A DNA stretch of 64,000 bases, from contig CAWCFX010000001.1 in the NCBI GenBank assembly GCA_963795085.1, forward strand, positions 992,001-1,056,000. Direction: 5' to 3'. The position numbers and the translations under genes are program-made. The DNA comes from an uncultured Gemmatimonadales bacterium. GTDB lineage: Bacteria; Gemmatimonadota; Gemmatimonadetes; Gemmatimonadales; GWC2-71-9. The notes under the pieces are model-generated. The model saw nothing but the letters and a program-made list of their open reading frames with translations. It did not search any database and had not been told where the DNA came from. This document shows positions 48,367-58,710 of this stretch, in pieces. Position 1 is the first letter of the stretch, and each line of letters starts with the position of its first letter.

Positions 48367-50585
48367 GCGAGGACGCCAGGCGCCGGCTGGGTGCCATCGC
48401 GGCCCTCGTCGCCGGCCTGTTCCTGGGGCTCACCCTCCTGCCGTTCCCCCTCACCGGTCCCATGGGCAGCGGTATCGGCCGGCTGCTCTGGAAGGGCCTC
48501 GGCGCCGGCGCGGTCGGGGTCCCGCTGCTCGGTTTCGGGCTCGCCCTGGCCGGCTTCGACCGCACCCCCCGCATCTCCATGAAGCAGGCCGCCCTGCTGC
48601 TGGGCGGCCTGAGCTTCCTGGTGCCCTATGTCATCGGGATCCTCACCCGGGTGACGGCCCAGGCCTTCATCCCGCCGCTGGACCAGTGGTCGCTGACGGC
48701 GCGCGCCATCGGCGTTATCCCGGGGTTCGTCGCCACCGCGGTCTACAACCTGGTGGGCTTTGCCGGCGGGCTCCTCCTGGGCTTCCTTGCCCTCTCCGCG
48801 CTCACGCTCCTTACCCTGGCATGGCATCCGCTCCGCCGGCTCGAAGGGGGCCGGGTCGCCGAGGAGCTGCCGGCCGACGAGCCGCTCCCGGTGAAGCCCC
48901 GTCACGAACCGCCACCGCCGGCCGAGGACAACGAGATCTTCGAGCGCCCGGCGAAAGAGAAAAGGGAGAAGGAGAAGAAGCCAAAGAAGGTGCCGGCCCG
49001 GGCGGGCGGCGGACCCGAACCGGAGACCGGGCTGCCCTCGGTGGAGCTGCTGACCCCGCCTCCTACCGGCGATGCCGTGGCCGACAGTGCCTCCCTGGAG
49101 CGGTTGGGGCAGAAACTGATCGATACGCTCAAGACCTTCAAGGTGGATGCCTCCATCGCGGGCCGTACCACCGGGCCGGTGGTCACCCAGTTCGAGGTCG
49201 TACCGGCGCCGGGCGTGAAGGCGGGGCGGATCGCGGCGCTGGCCGACGACATGGCCATCACCATGCGGGCGCCGTCCATCCGGGTCGCTCCCATCCCGGG
49301 CAAAGGCGCCGTGGGGGTGGAGGTGCCCAACCCGGTGGCCCGGATGGTGACGCTCCGGGAACTGTTCGACACCGAGGAGTGGCAGAACAGCAGGGCGGCG
49401 CTGCCCATCGCGCTGGGCCGGGACCTCGAGGGCAAGCCGGTCATCGCCGACCTGGCCAAGATGCCGCACCTCCTGATCGCGGGCGCGACCGGGTCCGGCA
49501 AGTCGGTGGCGATCAACACCATTATCACCAGCCTGGTCTATCACTACGGCAAGCGGGATCTCAGGCTGCTGATGGTGGACCCCAAGATGGTCGAGCTGTC
49601 GATGTACAACGACCTTCCCCACCTGCGCCACAAGGTGGTGACCAACAACAACGATGCGGCCAGCGTGCTCAAGTGGGCGGTGAGCGAAATGGACCGGCGC
49701 TACAAGCTGCTCCACGCCAACAACGCCCGGAACCTGGCCGACTTCAACCGCAAGGCGGAAGAGGGCAAGCCGCTCCGGATGCCGGAGCGGCCCCGGCTGA
49801 CCCTGAGCGCCATCAGCGCCGAGGCGCCGGACACCCCGCCCGAGGAGCCGCAGGCCGAGTTGTACACCGACGGGCCGCTCCCCCTGGTCGTCATGATCGT
49901 GGACGAACTGGCCGACCTGATGATGACGGTGCAGGGCGAGGTGGAGACCCCGCTGGCGATGCTGGCGCAGAAGGCCCGGGCGATCGGGATCCATATCATC
50001 CTCGCCACCCAGCGCCCCTCGGTGAACGTCATCACCGGCCTCATCAAGGCCAACTTTCCGTGCCGGATCGCTTTCCGGGTCGCCTCCAAGGTGGACAGCC
50101 GCACCATTCTCGACCAGAACGGGGCCGAAGCGCTGCTCGGCAACGGCGACATGCTGTTTCTGCCGCCGGGCAAGAGCGAACCGATGCGCCTGCAGGGCGC
50201 GTTCATTGCGACCGAGGATACCGAGCGGATGATGGACTGGTTCAAGGCGCGGCGGACCGAGCTGGCGCTGGGGACTGATCGGCCGGAGAGCGATATCCTG
50301 GCGGAGGTCCGCGCTTTGGAAGCCGCGGAGGAGGGGGACGGCGGCGGCGAGCCAGGGGGCGGAGGCGGCGACCGGGATCCCCTCTTCCGGAAGGCGGCGG
50401 AAGCCTGCATCCAGAACCAGAACGGGTCCACGTCTCTGCTGCAGCGGAAACTGCAGATCGGGTATGGCCGTGCGGCCCGCATCATCGACCAGCTGCACTA
50501 CGCCGGCATTCTGAGTCCGCCCGACGGAAGCAAGCCGCGCGAGGTGTTGATCGGATTTCATCAACTCGACGAATACTGCGACTGA
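48363..50585 (+). CDS. ftsK: DNA translocase FtsK
   Basis: N-terminal TMs; MPHLLIAGATGSGKS, DPKMVE, VDELADLMM, LATQRPS; gamma domain LQRKLQIGYGRAARIID. Confidence 0.97.
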   Translation: MSEDARRRLGAIAALVAGLFLGLTLLPFPLTGPMGSGIGRLLWKGLGAGAVGVPLLGFGLALAGFDRTPRISMKQAALLLGGLSFLVPYVIGILTRVTAQAFIPPLDQWSLTARAIGVIPGFVATAVYNLVGFAGGLLLGFLALSALTLLTLAWHPLRRLEGGRVAEELPADEPLPVKPRHEPPPPAEDNEIFERPAKEKREKEKKPKKVPARAGGGPEPETGLPSVELLTPPPTGDAVADSASLERLGQKLIDTLKTFKVDASIAGRTTGPVVTQFEVVPAPGVKAGRIAALADDMAITMRAPSIRVAPIPGKGAVGVEVPNPVARMVTLRELFDTEEWQNSRAALPIALGRDLEGKPVIADLAKMPHLLIAGATGSGKSVAINTIITSLVYHYGKRDLRLLMVDPKMVELSMYNDLPHLRHKVVTNNNDAASVLKWAVSEMDRRYKLLHANNARNLADFNRKAEEGKPLRMPERPRLTLSAISAEAPDTPPEEPQAELYTDGPLPLVVMIVDELADLMMTVQGEVETPLAMLAQKARAIGIHIILATQRPSVNVITGLIKANFPCRIAFRVASKVDSRTILDQNGAEALLGNGDMLFLPPGKSEPMRLQGAFIATEDTERMMDWFKARRTELALGTDRPESDILAEVRALEAAEEGDGGGEPGGGGGDRDPLFRKAAEACIQNQNGSTSLLQRKLQIGYGRAARIIDQLHYAGILSPPDGSKPREVLIGFHQLDEYCD

Positions 50586-50834
50586 AGGGCGGGCCGGCAG
50601 GGCGTCCGCTCTGAGGGGGACAGTCTCTACGCCGGCGAACGAAGAACTTTGTTCAGCGACCTCTCGGTGAGCCCTGGCGTCCTCTGCGCAATGCGCCTCG
50701 AGGTCCGAACGGAGCGATCCCGCCGCCGCAAGAAAGCACCGCCAGATCCGGGTCCCTCCTGTCTGCGTTTGTTTGGCCTCTCTTCGCATTCTTCCGGTTA
50801 CCGTGCGAGCGCCGCTCCTCCCTACCTTGGTTCC

Positions 50835-51239
50835 ATGCGAACCCGGACGTTCACCCCTACCGAAGAGTGGGAAGACCAGCGCCAGGTCCTGGGCCTCCAG
50901 GGCGAGCGGGAGGCGATGGCCTATCTCATTTCCTGCGGGTATGAAGTAGAAGACCATCGCCACCGGCTGGGCCGTCACGATATCGACCTCATCGTCCGCC
51001 GGGGCAACGTGGTGGCCTTCGTCGAGGTGAAAACCCGGCGGGGCCATGCCTCCGGAACGCCGCTGGAAGCGGTCACCCGGAGGAAGCAGGGGATCATTGC
51101 CAAGTGCGCCGATCTCTGGCGCATTCGATTTGGACGTCCCTCCGATGTGTACCGGTTCGACCTGGTGGCCGTGGACGAGGACGGCCACGGGACGTTCTCC
51201 ATTCAGCACGTTGAAGATGCCTGGCGGGTGAACCGGTAG
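50835..51239 (+). CDS. YraN-family (UPF0102) nuclease-fold protein
   Basis: GLQGEREA..YL, IDLIV, FVEVKTR, EAVT..KQ, RFDLVAV. Confidence 0.88.
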   Translation: MRTRTFTPTEEWEDQRQVLGLQGEREAMAYLISCGYEVEDHRHRLGRHDIDLIVRRGNVVAFVEVKTRRGHASGTPLEAVTRRKQGIIAKCADLWRIRFGRPSDVYRFDLVAVDEDGHGTFSIQHVEDAWRVNR

Positions 51240-51268
51240 CGCACAGAGAAGGCGGACAGAACTCGCTC

Positions 51269-51297
51269 TTGATTCGGCAGATGTTCGGTAGTAGCTT
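51269..51297 (+). promoter_or_regulatory. recA promoter with overlapping direct repeat TTCGGCA-N4-TTCGGTA
   Basis: TTGATT-N17-TAGCTT; repeat at 51273-51290. Confidence 0.6.
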
Positions 51298-51351
51298 GGA
51301 TATACCGGTGTGGAGTAAAATCGGTCACCTCACTATCAAGGAACTCCTCTC

Positions 51352-52404
51352 ATGGCTCCAGACGAAAGCCGCCTCGACGCCGATCGGCGCAAGGCTCTGA
51401 ACCTCGCTATCGCTCAGATCGAAAAGCAGTTAGGGAAGGGTTCCATCATGCGGATGGGGTCCGAGACCCCCCGGGTGAGGGTAGCGGCGATCCCGACCGG
51501 CGCCATCAACCTGGACGCGGCGATCGGCATTGGCGGGGTTCCCCGGGGCAGGATCACCGAGATCTACGGTCCCGAGTCCTCCGGCAAGACCACGCTCACC
51601 CTGCATCTCGCGGCCAACGTGCAGCGGGCCGGCGGGGTCGCTGCGTACGTCGATGCCGAGCATGCGCTCGATGTCGAGTATGCCCGAAAGCTGGGGGTGG
51701 ACGTGGACAACCTCCTGGTGTCCCAGCCGGATACCGGCGAGCAGGCGCTCGAGATCGTCGAGATCCTGGTCCGTTCCGGGGCGGTGGACCTGGTGGTGGT
51801 GGATTCCGTCGCCGCCCTGGTGCCCAAAGCGGAAATCGAAGGCGAGATGGGCGATAGCCACATGGGGTTGCAGGCCCGGCTCATGAGCCAGGCCCTCCGC
51901 AAGCTGGCCGGCGCCATCAACCGCTCCAACTGCGCGGTGGTTTTCATCAACCAGCTGCGCGAAAAGATCGGCGTGATGTTCGGCAACCCGGAAACCACGA
52001 CCGGCGGCAAGGCGCTCAAGTTCTACGCGTCGCTGCGGCTGGATATCCGGCGGATCGGGCCGGTCAAGGAGCGCGAGAACATCATCGGCAACCATGTGCG
52101 GGTCAAAGTGGTGAAGAACAAGGTGGCGCCGCCCTTCAAGCAGGCCGAGTTCGACGTGATGTTCGACGAGGGTATCAGCCACACTTCGCTCCTGGTGGAT
52201 ATTGCCGCGGAGGCGAACATCATCCAGAAGTCGGGCGCCTGGTATTCCTACGGCGACCAGCGGATCGGCCAGGGGCGGGAGAACGCCAAGCTCTTTCTCA
52301 AGGACAACGGCACCTTGCAGGTCGAGATCGAGCAGAAGGTCAAGGATTACCTGGGCGTCAAGAATTCCGGGGCGACGGCTGTCGCCGAGGAAGGGGATGA
52401 CTGA
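51352..52404 (+). CDS. recA: Recombinase RecA
   Basis: [37 protein letters not shown]. Confidence 0.99.
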   Translation: MAPDESRLDADRRKALNLAIAQIEKQLGKGSIMRMGSETPRVRVAAIPTGAINLDAAIGIGGVPRGRITEIYGPESSGKTTLTLHLAANVQRAGGVAAYVDAEHALDVEYARKLGVDVDNLLVSQPDTGEQALEIVEILVRSGAVDLVVVDSVAALVPKAEIEGEMGDSHMGLQARLMSQALRKLAGAINRSNCAVVFINQLREKIGVMFGNPETTTGGKALKFYASLRLDIRRIGPVKERENIIGNHVRVKVVKNKVAPPFKQAEFDVMFDEGISHTSLLVDIAAEANIIQKSGAWYSYGDQRIGQGRENAKLFLKDNGTLQVEIEQKVKDYLGVKNSGATAVAEEGDD

Positions 52405-53032
52405 CCCGGACGTCCTCACCGGGCTGGATGCCGAGACCCGGGGGGCTGGTGCCCTCCGGGTCCAGGTCAATGGCAAGTCGTTCGGGGCCATTCCGCTCGT
52501 CGCGGCCCGGGAGTTGGGTCTCCGGGTTGGCATGGTGGTGGACGAATCGCTCCGGCTTCGACTCTGCGAGGCGGCAGATGCCCAGGCTGCGTACCGGTTT
52601 ATTCTCGCGGCGCTGGGCCGCCGGGGCTTTGCCCGGCGGGACCTGGAGCGCCGGCTGGTCCATCGGGGTCACCCGGCTTCCGCGGCCCGGGCGGCCATCG
52701 AGCGGGCCGCCGCGGCGGGACTGCTCGACGATCGGGTGTTCGCGCAGGCCTACGCCGAGGCCAAGTCGGGCCGGGGCCGCGGCCCGGCTCGCCTGTTACG
52801 TGATCTGTTCTCGATGGGGGTGGATCGCGCGGTGGCCGAAGAGGCGGTGGCGGCTGCGTGGCAGAAAGCGGATTCCGTCGTGGCCGCCTCCCGGGCCCTG
52901 GCCGAGAAACGGGCGGCCCAGCTGGGCGCCTTGCCGCTGCCCGTCAAGCGGCGCCGCCTGCTCGCCTACCTGGCCCGCCGGGGCTTTACCGGCCGCGAGG
53001 TGCGCCAGATCGTACAGGCCCTGGCGAGCTGA
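52397..53032 (+). CDS. recX: Regulatory protein RecX
   Basis: [18 protein letters not shown]...GV, YLARRGF; follows recA. Confidence 0.88.
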   Translation: MTDPDVLTGLDAETRGAGALRVQVNGKSFGAIPLVAARELGLRVGMVVDESLRLRLCEAADAQAAYRFILAALGRRGFARRDLERRLVHRGHPASAARAAIERAAAAGLLDDRVFAQAYAEAKSGRGRGPARLLRDLFSMGVDRAVAEEAVAAAWQKADSVVAASRALAEKRAAQLGALPLPVKRRRLLAYLARRGFTGREVRQIVQALAS

Positions 53033-53038
53033 CCGCGG

Positions 53039-53572
53039 TCAGGGTATGCAGGTCTCGCAGGCTCCCGGCGGTTCTTCCGTGATCCGCCAGGTACCTTGGG
53101 CCAGCCCGGTGGTATCGGATCGGGTGTCCAGCGGCTGGCATGTCCATTCGCCCGCGGCCAGGCCGGGGGCGCCCATCCGCCCCGCGAAGAGCGACTGCTG
53201 ATCCCAGAACCGGCTGTCGCCGGGCGGGAACGGATGCAGGTATCCCAGCTCAATGCTGTCCCCCGGCAGTACCTTCACCAGGAATTCCCCGCCTGCGTCC
53301 GCCCAGAATACCTCTCCCGAGCCATCCACCTGCAGGTGGGCCCGGTACGCCTCTCCCCCGAAGAACCCGACATACTCGCTGGCCTGGCTGGTCTCCCGCC
53401 GGGTCCTGACTTCGTAGATGTAGGACAGCCGGCAGTCGATCGTGTCGCCGCTGGCGGCTTCGGCCACGAAATAGAACCGCGCCGGGAGATCGCCGGTGAT
53501 GCCCGGGCCCCCGGCCTCGCCGCATCCGGCGCTCATGCCCAGGGCCAGCAGACTGGAGACCATGATACGCAT
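53039..53572 (-). CDS. Hypothetical lipoprotein
   Basis: MRIMVSSLLALGMSAGC lipobox; fills the recX-alaS gap; aromatic/beta-rich. Confidence 0.7.
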   Translation of the reverse strand: MRIMVSSLLALGMSAGCGEAGGPGITGDLPARFYFVAEAASGDTIDCRLSYIYEVRTRRETSQASEYVGFFGGEAYRAHLQVDGSGEVFWADAGGEFLVKVLPGDSIELGYLHPFPPGDSRFWDQQSLFAGRMGAPGLAAGEWTCQPLDTRSDTTGLAQGTWRITEEPPGACETCIP

Positions 53573-53701
53573 CGGTTCCACCTTCGCGGGTTGGAGGTAC
53601 TTCCAAGACTTCGATAGGGTTGGCTCGGTCACATTCGTCCACCGTTCCGGGCCGGGCGTGACGGGTCGCCCTGACCCCTGACCCGCAGTATATTCCGCTC
53701 C

Positions 53702-56326
53702 ATGCAAGCGAGCCATATCCGGCGTCTTTTTCTCGACTTTTTCGTCGCGTACGGGCACCGAGAGGTGCCTTCGTCGTCATTGGTCCCGGCCGACGACCCG
53801 ACCCTCCTCTTCACCAATGCGGGGATGGTCCAGTTCAAGCGGGTATTCCAGGGCCAGGAGCAGCGCGACTATGTCCGCGCGGCCACGGTGCAGAAATGCG
53901 TGCGGGCCGGCGGCAAGCACAACGATCTGGAACAGGTCGGCCTTACCCGCCGGCACCATACCTTCTTTGAAATGCTCGGGAATTTTTCCTTCGGCGACTA
54001 TTTCAAGAAGGAGGCGATTGCCTACGCCTGGGAGTTCGTGACCAGCGCGAAGTACCTGGGCATCCCTGCGGACCGGCTGCGGGTCACGGTGCACCATACC
54101 GACGACGAGGCGCGGGCCCTCTGGCGGGAGGTGGCGGCGCTGCCCGACCACCGGATCTACGGCCTGGGCGACAAGGACAACTTCTGGCAGATGGGAGACA
54201 CCGGTCCCTGCGGTCCCTGCAGCGAGATCTACGTCGACCTGGAATGGAAGCCCGGCTCTGCGCCGGCCGAGATTCCCCAGGCTGAATTCGAGCACCAGGC
54301 GGAGGCCGGCCGTTTCCTCGAAATCTGGAACCTGGTCTTCATGCAGTTCGACCGCTCGAGCGATGGCACCCTGGTGCCGCTGCCCCGGCCTTCGGTCGAT
54401 ACCGGCGCCGGGTTCGAGCGGATCGCCGCGGTCCTCCAGGGCGAGGACGACAACTTTCACACCGACCTGTTCCTGCCGGTGTTCCGCGAGGCGGAACGGC
54501 TGATCGGGCGGCCCTACGGACGCACCGCAACGGGAGAGGATGTCTCGTTCCGGGTGCTGGCCGATCACGCCCGGGCGGTGGCCTTTCTGCTGGCCGACGG
54601 GGTCTATCCCAGCAACGAGGGACGCGGCTATGTCCTGCGGCGGATCCTGCGCCGGGCGGTCCGCCACGCCTGGCTGCTGGGGCGGCGGGAGCCCACCCTG
54701 GCGCCGCTCACCACGGCGGTGGTCCGGGAGATGGGTACCGCCTACCCCGCGCTCAGCGCCAGGAGTGACTACATCGCCAGGGTCGCCCGCACTGAAGAAG
54801 AGCGGTTCCTTGAGACGATCGAGGGCGGACTCAGGCGCCTGGACGAAATCGTGGCCAGCGGCGCCCGGAATATTCCTGGCGACGAGGCCTTCAAGCTGTA
54901 CGATACCTTCGGCTTTCCCATCGACCTGACCGAGATCGTCGCGCGGGAACACGGCCTCACCGTGGATCTGCCGGGGTTCGACATCGCGCTGGAGGCGCAA
55001 CGGAGCCGGTCCCGCGCCGCGCGGAAGGGCGCTGCGGGGCAGTCCGCGGCCGTCCACACCGGCGACGCCGGGGCCTGGCGGACCCTCAAGGACGAGCCCC
55101 AGCGTTTCGTGGGCTACGAACGCACCGAGGCCGATACCGAGATCCTCGCGTTCCGCCAGGAAGGCTCCCGGGTGGATCTCCTGCTCCGGGAGAACCCGTT
55201 CTACGCCGAATCGGGCGGGCAGGTGAGCGACACCGGGGTGGTGACCGGCGAGGACTGGGCGCTCCCCATCGAGAGCGTTGCCAGGGACCCCCGGGGGACC
55301 GTGGTGTCGGGCACCTTCGCGGACAGTTTCGAGCCGGCGCCGCTGGAGGCGGCGGTGGATGTCTCCCGCCGGCGGAGCATCGAGCGCAACCACAGCGCCA
55401 CCCACCTGGTGCACGCGGCGCTCCGGCGAATATTAGGAAGCCACGTGCGGCAGCAGGGCTCGCTGGTGGAGCCGGACCGGCTGCGCTTCGATTTTTCCCA
55501 CCACGGGCCTATCGAGCCTGATGTCCTGCAGGCCATCGAACGGGACGTCAACGAGCAGGTGCTGGAGAATGCCCTGGTGGAGACGCGGGAAATGCCCTAT
55601 CCCGAGGCGCTCAAGCTGGGGGCCATGGCCTTCTTTTCCGAGAAGTACGGCGACCGGGTCCGGGTGGTCACCATGGGCGATTCCATCGAACTGTGCGGCG
55701 GGACCCATGTGCGCAGCACCGGCCAGATCGGGCTCTTCCGGCTGTCGGGGCAAGGCGGTGTCGCGGCGGGCGTCCGCCGCCTCGAGGCGGTGACCGGGAC
55801 CGGCGCCTACCGCGCGGTGCTGGAGCTGCAGCACCGGCTCCGGCAGGTCGCGGAAACGCTGAAGGCGCAGCCGGACCAGCTGCTCCGCCGGACCGAGCAA
55901 CTCCTCGAGGATAAGTTGCGGCTGGAAAGCCGGCTGGCCGACGCGCTCAAGGCCGGCGGAGCGGCGATCCCGGCGGGCGAGGTCATCACGATCAACGAGG
56001 TGGCCGTCACGGTGGGCGATACCCAGCTCGAGAACCGGGACGAGGTGGCCGCGGCGGCGGACGCATTCCGGAACGGGCGGAGCGGCGCGGTGCTCATCCT
56101 GTTCAACGGGGCCGGCCGGGGCGCGGTGCACGTGGCCGTCACCGACGACCTGGTCAAGGCGGGGCGCAAGGCCGGCGACCTCGCGAGCCGCCTGGCCGCG
56201 GTGAGCGGCGGACGGGGAGGCGGCCGTCCCCCGTTCGCTTCCGCCGGGCTGGGCGATCCGGCCCGGCTTCCCGCCGTTCGTGCCGCGGTTCCGGCGCTGG
56301 TGGCCGAATGGCTGGGGCCCCGGTGA
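53702..56326 (+). CDS. alaS: Alanine--tRNA ligase
   Basis: LLFTNAGMVQFK, HHTFFEMLGNFSFGDYFK, EIWNLVFMQ, NHSATHL, ELCGGTH. Confidence 0.99.
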   Translation: MQASHIRRLFLDFFVAYGHREVPSSSLVPADDPTLLFTNAGMVQFKRVFQGQEQRDYVRAATVQKCVRAGGKHNDLEQVGLTRRHHTFFEMLGNFSFGDYFKKEAIAYAWEFVTSAKYLGIPADRLRVTVHHTDDEARALWREVAALPDHRIYGLGDKDNFWQMGDTGPCGPCSEIYVDLEWKPGSAPAEIPQAEFEHQAEAGRFLEIWNLVFMQFDRSSDGTLVPLPRPSVDTGAGFERIAAVLQGEDDNFHTDLFLPVFREAERLIGRPYGRTATGEDVSFRVLADHARAVAFLLADGVYPSNEGRGYVLRRILRRAVRHAWLLGRREPTLAPLTTAVVREMGTAYPALSARSDYIARVARTEEERFLETIEGGLRRLDEIVASGARNIPGDEAFKLYDTFGFPIDLTEIVAREHGLTVDLPGFDIALEAQRSRSRAARKGAAGQSAAVHTGDAGAWRTLKDEPQRFVGYERTEADTEILAFRQEGSRVDLLLRENPFYAESGGQVSDTGVVTGEDWALPIESVARDPRGTVVSGTFADSFEPAPLEAAVDVSRRRSIERNHSATHLVHAALRRILGSHVRQQGSLVEPDRLRFDFSHHGPIEPDVLQAIERDVNEQVLENALVETREMPYPEALKLGAMAFFSEKYGDRVRVVTMGDSIELCGGTHVRSTGQIGLFRLSGQGGVAAGVRRLEAVTGTGAYRAVLELQHRLRQVAETLKAQPDQLLRRTEQLLEDKLRLESRLADALKAGGAAIPAGEVITINEVAVTVGDTQLENRDEVAAAADAFRNGRSGAVLILFNGAGRGAVHVAVTDDLVKAGRKAGDLASRLAAVSGGRGGGRPPFASAGLGDPARLPAVRAAVPALVAEWLGPR

Positions 56327-56619
56327 GTGACTGGCTCGACCGGCACTCGCGGTCGGCGCCGGCCGCCCTTCTGGAGCGGGTCCGCTTCCATATCGCCGCC
56401 GTGGAGCGCCGCGGTTCCGAAGCCGAAGTCCTGGCCCGGGCCAGCCACCACGCGCTCCACCTCGTGGCCGCCCACCCCGACATGGGGCGCTCGGTCGCGC
56501 TCGACCTGCTCGCGGCCGACGCGCTGATCACGCTGGCCCTCCTGCACCAGGCCGAGGCGGCACCCGCCGGCCTGGAGGCGTTTGCCGCGGCGCTGCTGCA
56601 GGTGCCATCCGCGGCATGA
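56323..56619 (+). CDS. Hypothetical protein
   Basis: GTGA/ATGA overlaps at both ends; ALDLLAADALIT.A motif. Confidence 0.65.
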   Translation: MSDWLDRHSRSAPAALLERVRFHIAAVERRGSEAEVLARASHHALHLVAAHPDMGRSVALDLLAADALITLALLHQAEAAPAGLEAFAAALLQVPSAA

Positions 56620-57380
56620 TCGACCTTCACTGCCACCTGCTCCCCGCCGTGGACGACGGCTCCCGCTCCGTGGAGCAGTCCGTGGCCGTTCTCCGCGAGA
56701 TGGCCCGGCACGGTGTGCGCTCCGTCTGCCTCACCCCGCACCAGCTGGCGAGCCAGTTGAACCGGGGACTTCCCACCGCGCACGACGGCGCGTTCGAAGC
56801 CCTGCGGGCCGAGGCACCCGAGACGCCCTCGCTCTCCCGCGGGCTCGAAGTCATGCTGGACGGGCCCCTGGACGCCGCGGTGGGCCGGGAACGGCGGGGC
56901 ACCCTGGGGGGGTCCCGCTATATCCTGGTCGAATTTCCCCGGATGGTTTCCCGCGGCGCGGTACTCAAGGCGCTGGCCGACGTGGTGGCCATCGGGCTGA
57001 TCCCCCTGGTGGCCCATCCGGAGCGGTACAGCTGCTGCACCCCGGAGACGGTGCGGGCCTGGCGCGACCTCGGTGCCCGGATGCAGATCGACGCCACGAC
57101 GCTGGTCTCATCGCGCCCCCGGGGGGGCCGGGCCCGCGAGCTGGTGACCTGGGGGCTGGGCGATATCATCGCCGCCGACAATCATGGCGACGGGCGGCTC
57201 ATCGCCACCGGGTTCCACCTGCTCGCCGAGCGGGGCGGCAACCTGCAGGCGGAACTGCTTGCCACCCACAACCCGATGCGCATACTGGAAGACAGCGAGC
57301 TGCTACCGGTGCCCCCGCTCGCTCTGCATGACACCTGGTGGCGGCGCATCCGTTCCGTCTTCGAGCAGCAGGGAGGATAG
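56616..57380 (+). CDS. CpsB/CapC (PHP-family) protein tyrosine phosphatase
   Basis: MIDLHCHLLPAVDDG, TPH, YILVEFP, AHPERY, ADNHG. Confidence 0.9.
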   Translation: MIDLHCHLLPAVDDGSRSVEQSVAVLREMARHGVRSVCLTPHQLASQLNRGLPTAHDGAFEALRAEAPETPSLSRGLEVMLDGPLDAAVGRERRGTLGGSRYILVEFPRMVSRGAVLKALADVVAIGLIPLVAHPERYSCCTPETVRAWRDLGARMQIDATTLVSSRPRGGRARELVTWGLGDIIAADNHGDGRLIATGFHLLAERGGNLQAELLATHNPMRILEDSELLPVPPLALHDTWWRRIRSVFEQQGG

Positions 57381-57382
57381 CC

Positions 57383-57964
57383 ATGGATCCCCATTACCTG
57401 GCCGGCGAATTCGAAGCCCGGGCCGCCCTGGCCCGGCGGATGGGGGCGATGGCGGAGGCGATCGTCTCGCTGGCCCGGCGCTACGTCCGGGTCCTGCGGG
57501 AAGGCGGCACCCTCTACTTCGCGGGCAACGGCGGCAGCGCCGCGGATGCCCAGCACATCGCGACCGAGTACGTGGTGCGGTACCGGCGGAATCGCCGCGC
57601 CATGGCCGCCGTGGCGCTCACCACCGATACCTCGCTCCTCACCGCGGCGGGCAATGACCTCGGATTCGACGAGGTGTTTGCCCGGCAGGTGGAGGCGCTC
57701 TGCCGGCCCGGCGATCTCCTGGTGCTGCACAGCACCAGCGGGGAAAGCCGGAACCTGGTACGCGCGGCCGAGGCGGCCCGCACCGGTGGCGTCGCCACGG
57801 CGGCCCTGCTGGGCCGCGGCGGCGGTGCGCTCAAGGGCCTGGTGGACGAGGCGCTGGTGGTCCCATCCGACGTGGCCAGCCACATCCAGGAGGTCCACCT
57901 CGCCGTGGAGCACCTGATCGTCGAACTGGTGGAGGACGCGCTGGTCGAGGGAGACAGCGCATGA
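57383..57964 (+). CDS. gmhA: Phosphoheptose isomerase (SIS domain)
   Basis: GNGGSAADAQH, NDLGFDEVFARQV, STSGES, IQEVH. Confidence 0.92.
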   Translation: MDPHYLAGEFEARAALARRMGAMAEAIVSLARRYVRVLREGGTLYFAGNGGSAADAQHIATEYVVRYRRNRRAMAAVALTTDTSLLTAAGNDLGFDEVFARQVEALCRPGDLLVLHSTSGESRNLVRAAEAARTGGVATAALLGRGGGALKGLVDEALVVPSDVASHIQEVHLAVEHLIVELVEDALVEGDSA

Positions 57965-58710
57965 TCGATCTCCGCGGCCGGGCCGCGCTGGTGACCGGTG
58001 GCAACCGGGGCATCGGACGGGCGGTGGCGCTGCTGCTGGCCCGGGCCGGCGCCAACGTCGGGATCAGCTGCCGCAGCCGGATGGCGGAAGCCGACGCGGT
58101 TGCCGCGGAGGTCCGGGCGATGGGCCGGAAGGCGCATGCCGCGGCGGGAGACCTGGCCGATGAAGCCGCCGCCGAGCGGATCGCCGCGGAGTGCCGGGAC
58201 GCCCTGGGCGGACTCGACATCTTCGTGGGAAACGCCGGGATCTGGCCGCCGGACGAGGTTCCCCTGCGGGATCTTTCCGCCGGGCGGTGGCGGGAAACCA
58301 TGGCCGCCAACCTCGACGGCATCTTCTACTCCACCCGCGCCGCTCTCCGGCGGATGGACCGGGGCGCGGTGGTGCTGATCGCCAGCACGGCGGGCCAGCG
58401 GGGCGAGGCCTTCCACGCCGACTACGGCGCCTCCAAGGGCGCCGTCATCGCGCTGGTCAAGTCGCTGGCGGTCGAATGCGCCCCCCGGATCACGGTTAAC
58501 GCGGTGGCCCCGGGCTGGGTGGACACCGAGATGTGCATACCCGCCTTCGCGGGAGGCAACGGCGAGCGGATCGCCGCCGGTATTCCGCTGGGCCGCATCG
58601 CCAGCGCCGAGGATATCGCGGGGCCGGTGGTGTTTCTGTGCAGCGACCTTGCCCGCCATATGACCGGCGAAATCGTCAACGTCAACGGGGGGAGCGTGCT
58701 GTGCGGATGA
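57961..58710 (+). CDS. SDR-family oxidoreductase (FabG-like)
   Basis: TGGNRGIG, NAG, YGASKG, VNAVAPG. Confidence 0.92.
   Translation: MIDLRGRAALVTGGNRGIGRAVALLLARAGANVGISCRSRMAEADAVAAEVRAMGRKAHAAAGDLADEAAAERIAAECRDALGGLDIFVGNAGIWPPDEVPLRDLSAGRWRETMAANLDGIFYSTRAALRRMDRGAVVLIASTAGQRGEAFHADYGASKGAVIALVKSLAVECAPRITVNAVAPGWVDTEMCIPAFAGGNGERIAAGIPLGRIASAEDIAGPVVFLCSDLARHMTGEIVNVNGGSVLCG

Noticed and set aside
50644..50654. GAAC-TTT-GTTC upstream of yraN as a Gram-positive-type LexA box
   Set aside because: Spacer is 3 rather than 4 nt and the site is ~180 bp from the start; no matching site at recA
48324..51209. 961-aa minus-strand ORF, and similar long antisense ORFs (16682-18967, 28536-30653, 38499-40460, 6948-8867)
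   Set aside because: Shadows of well-supported genes on the opposite strand
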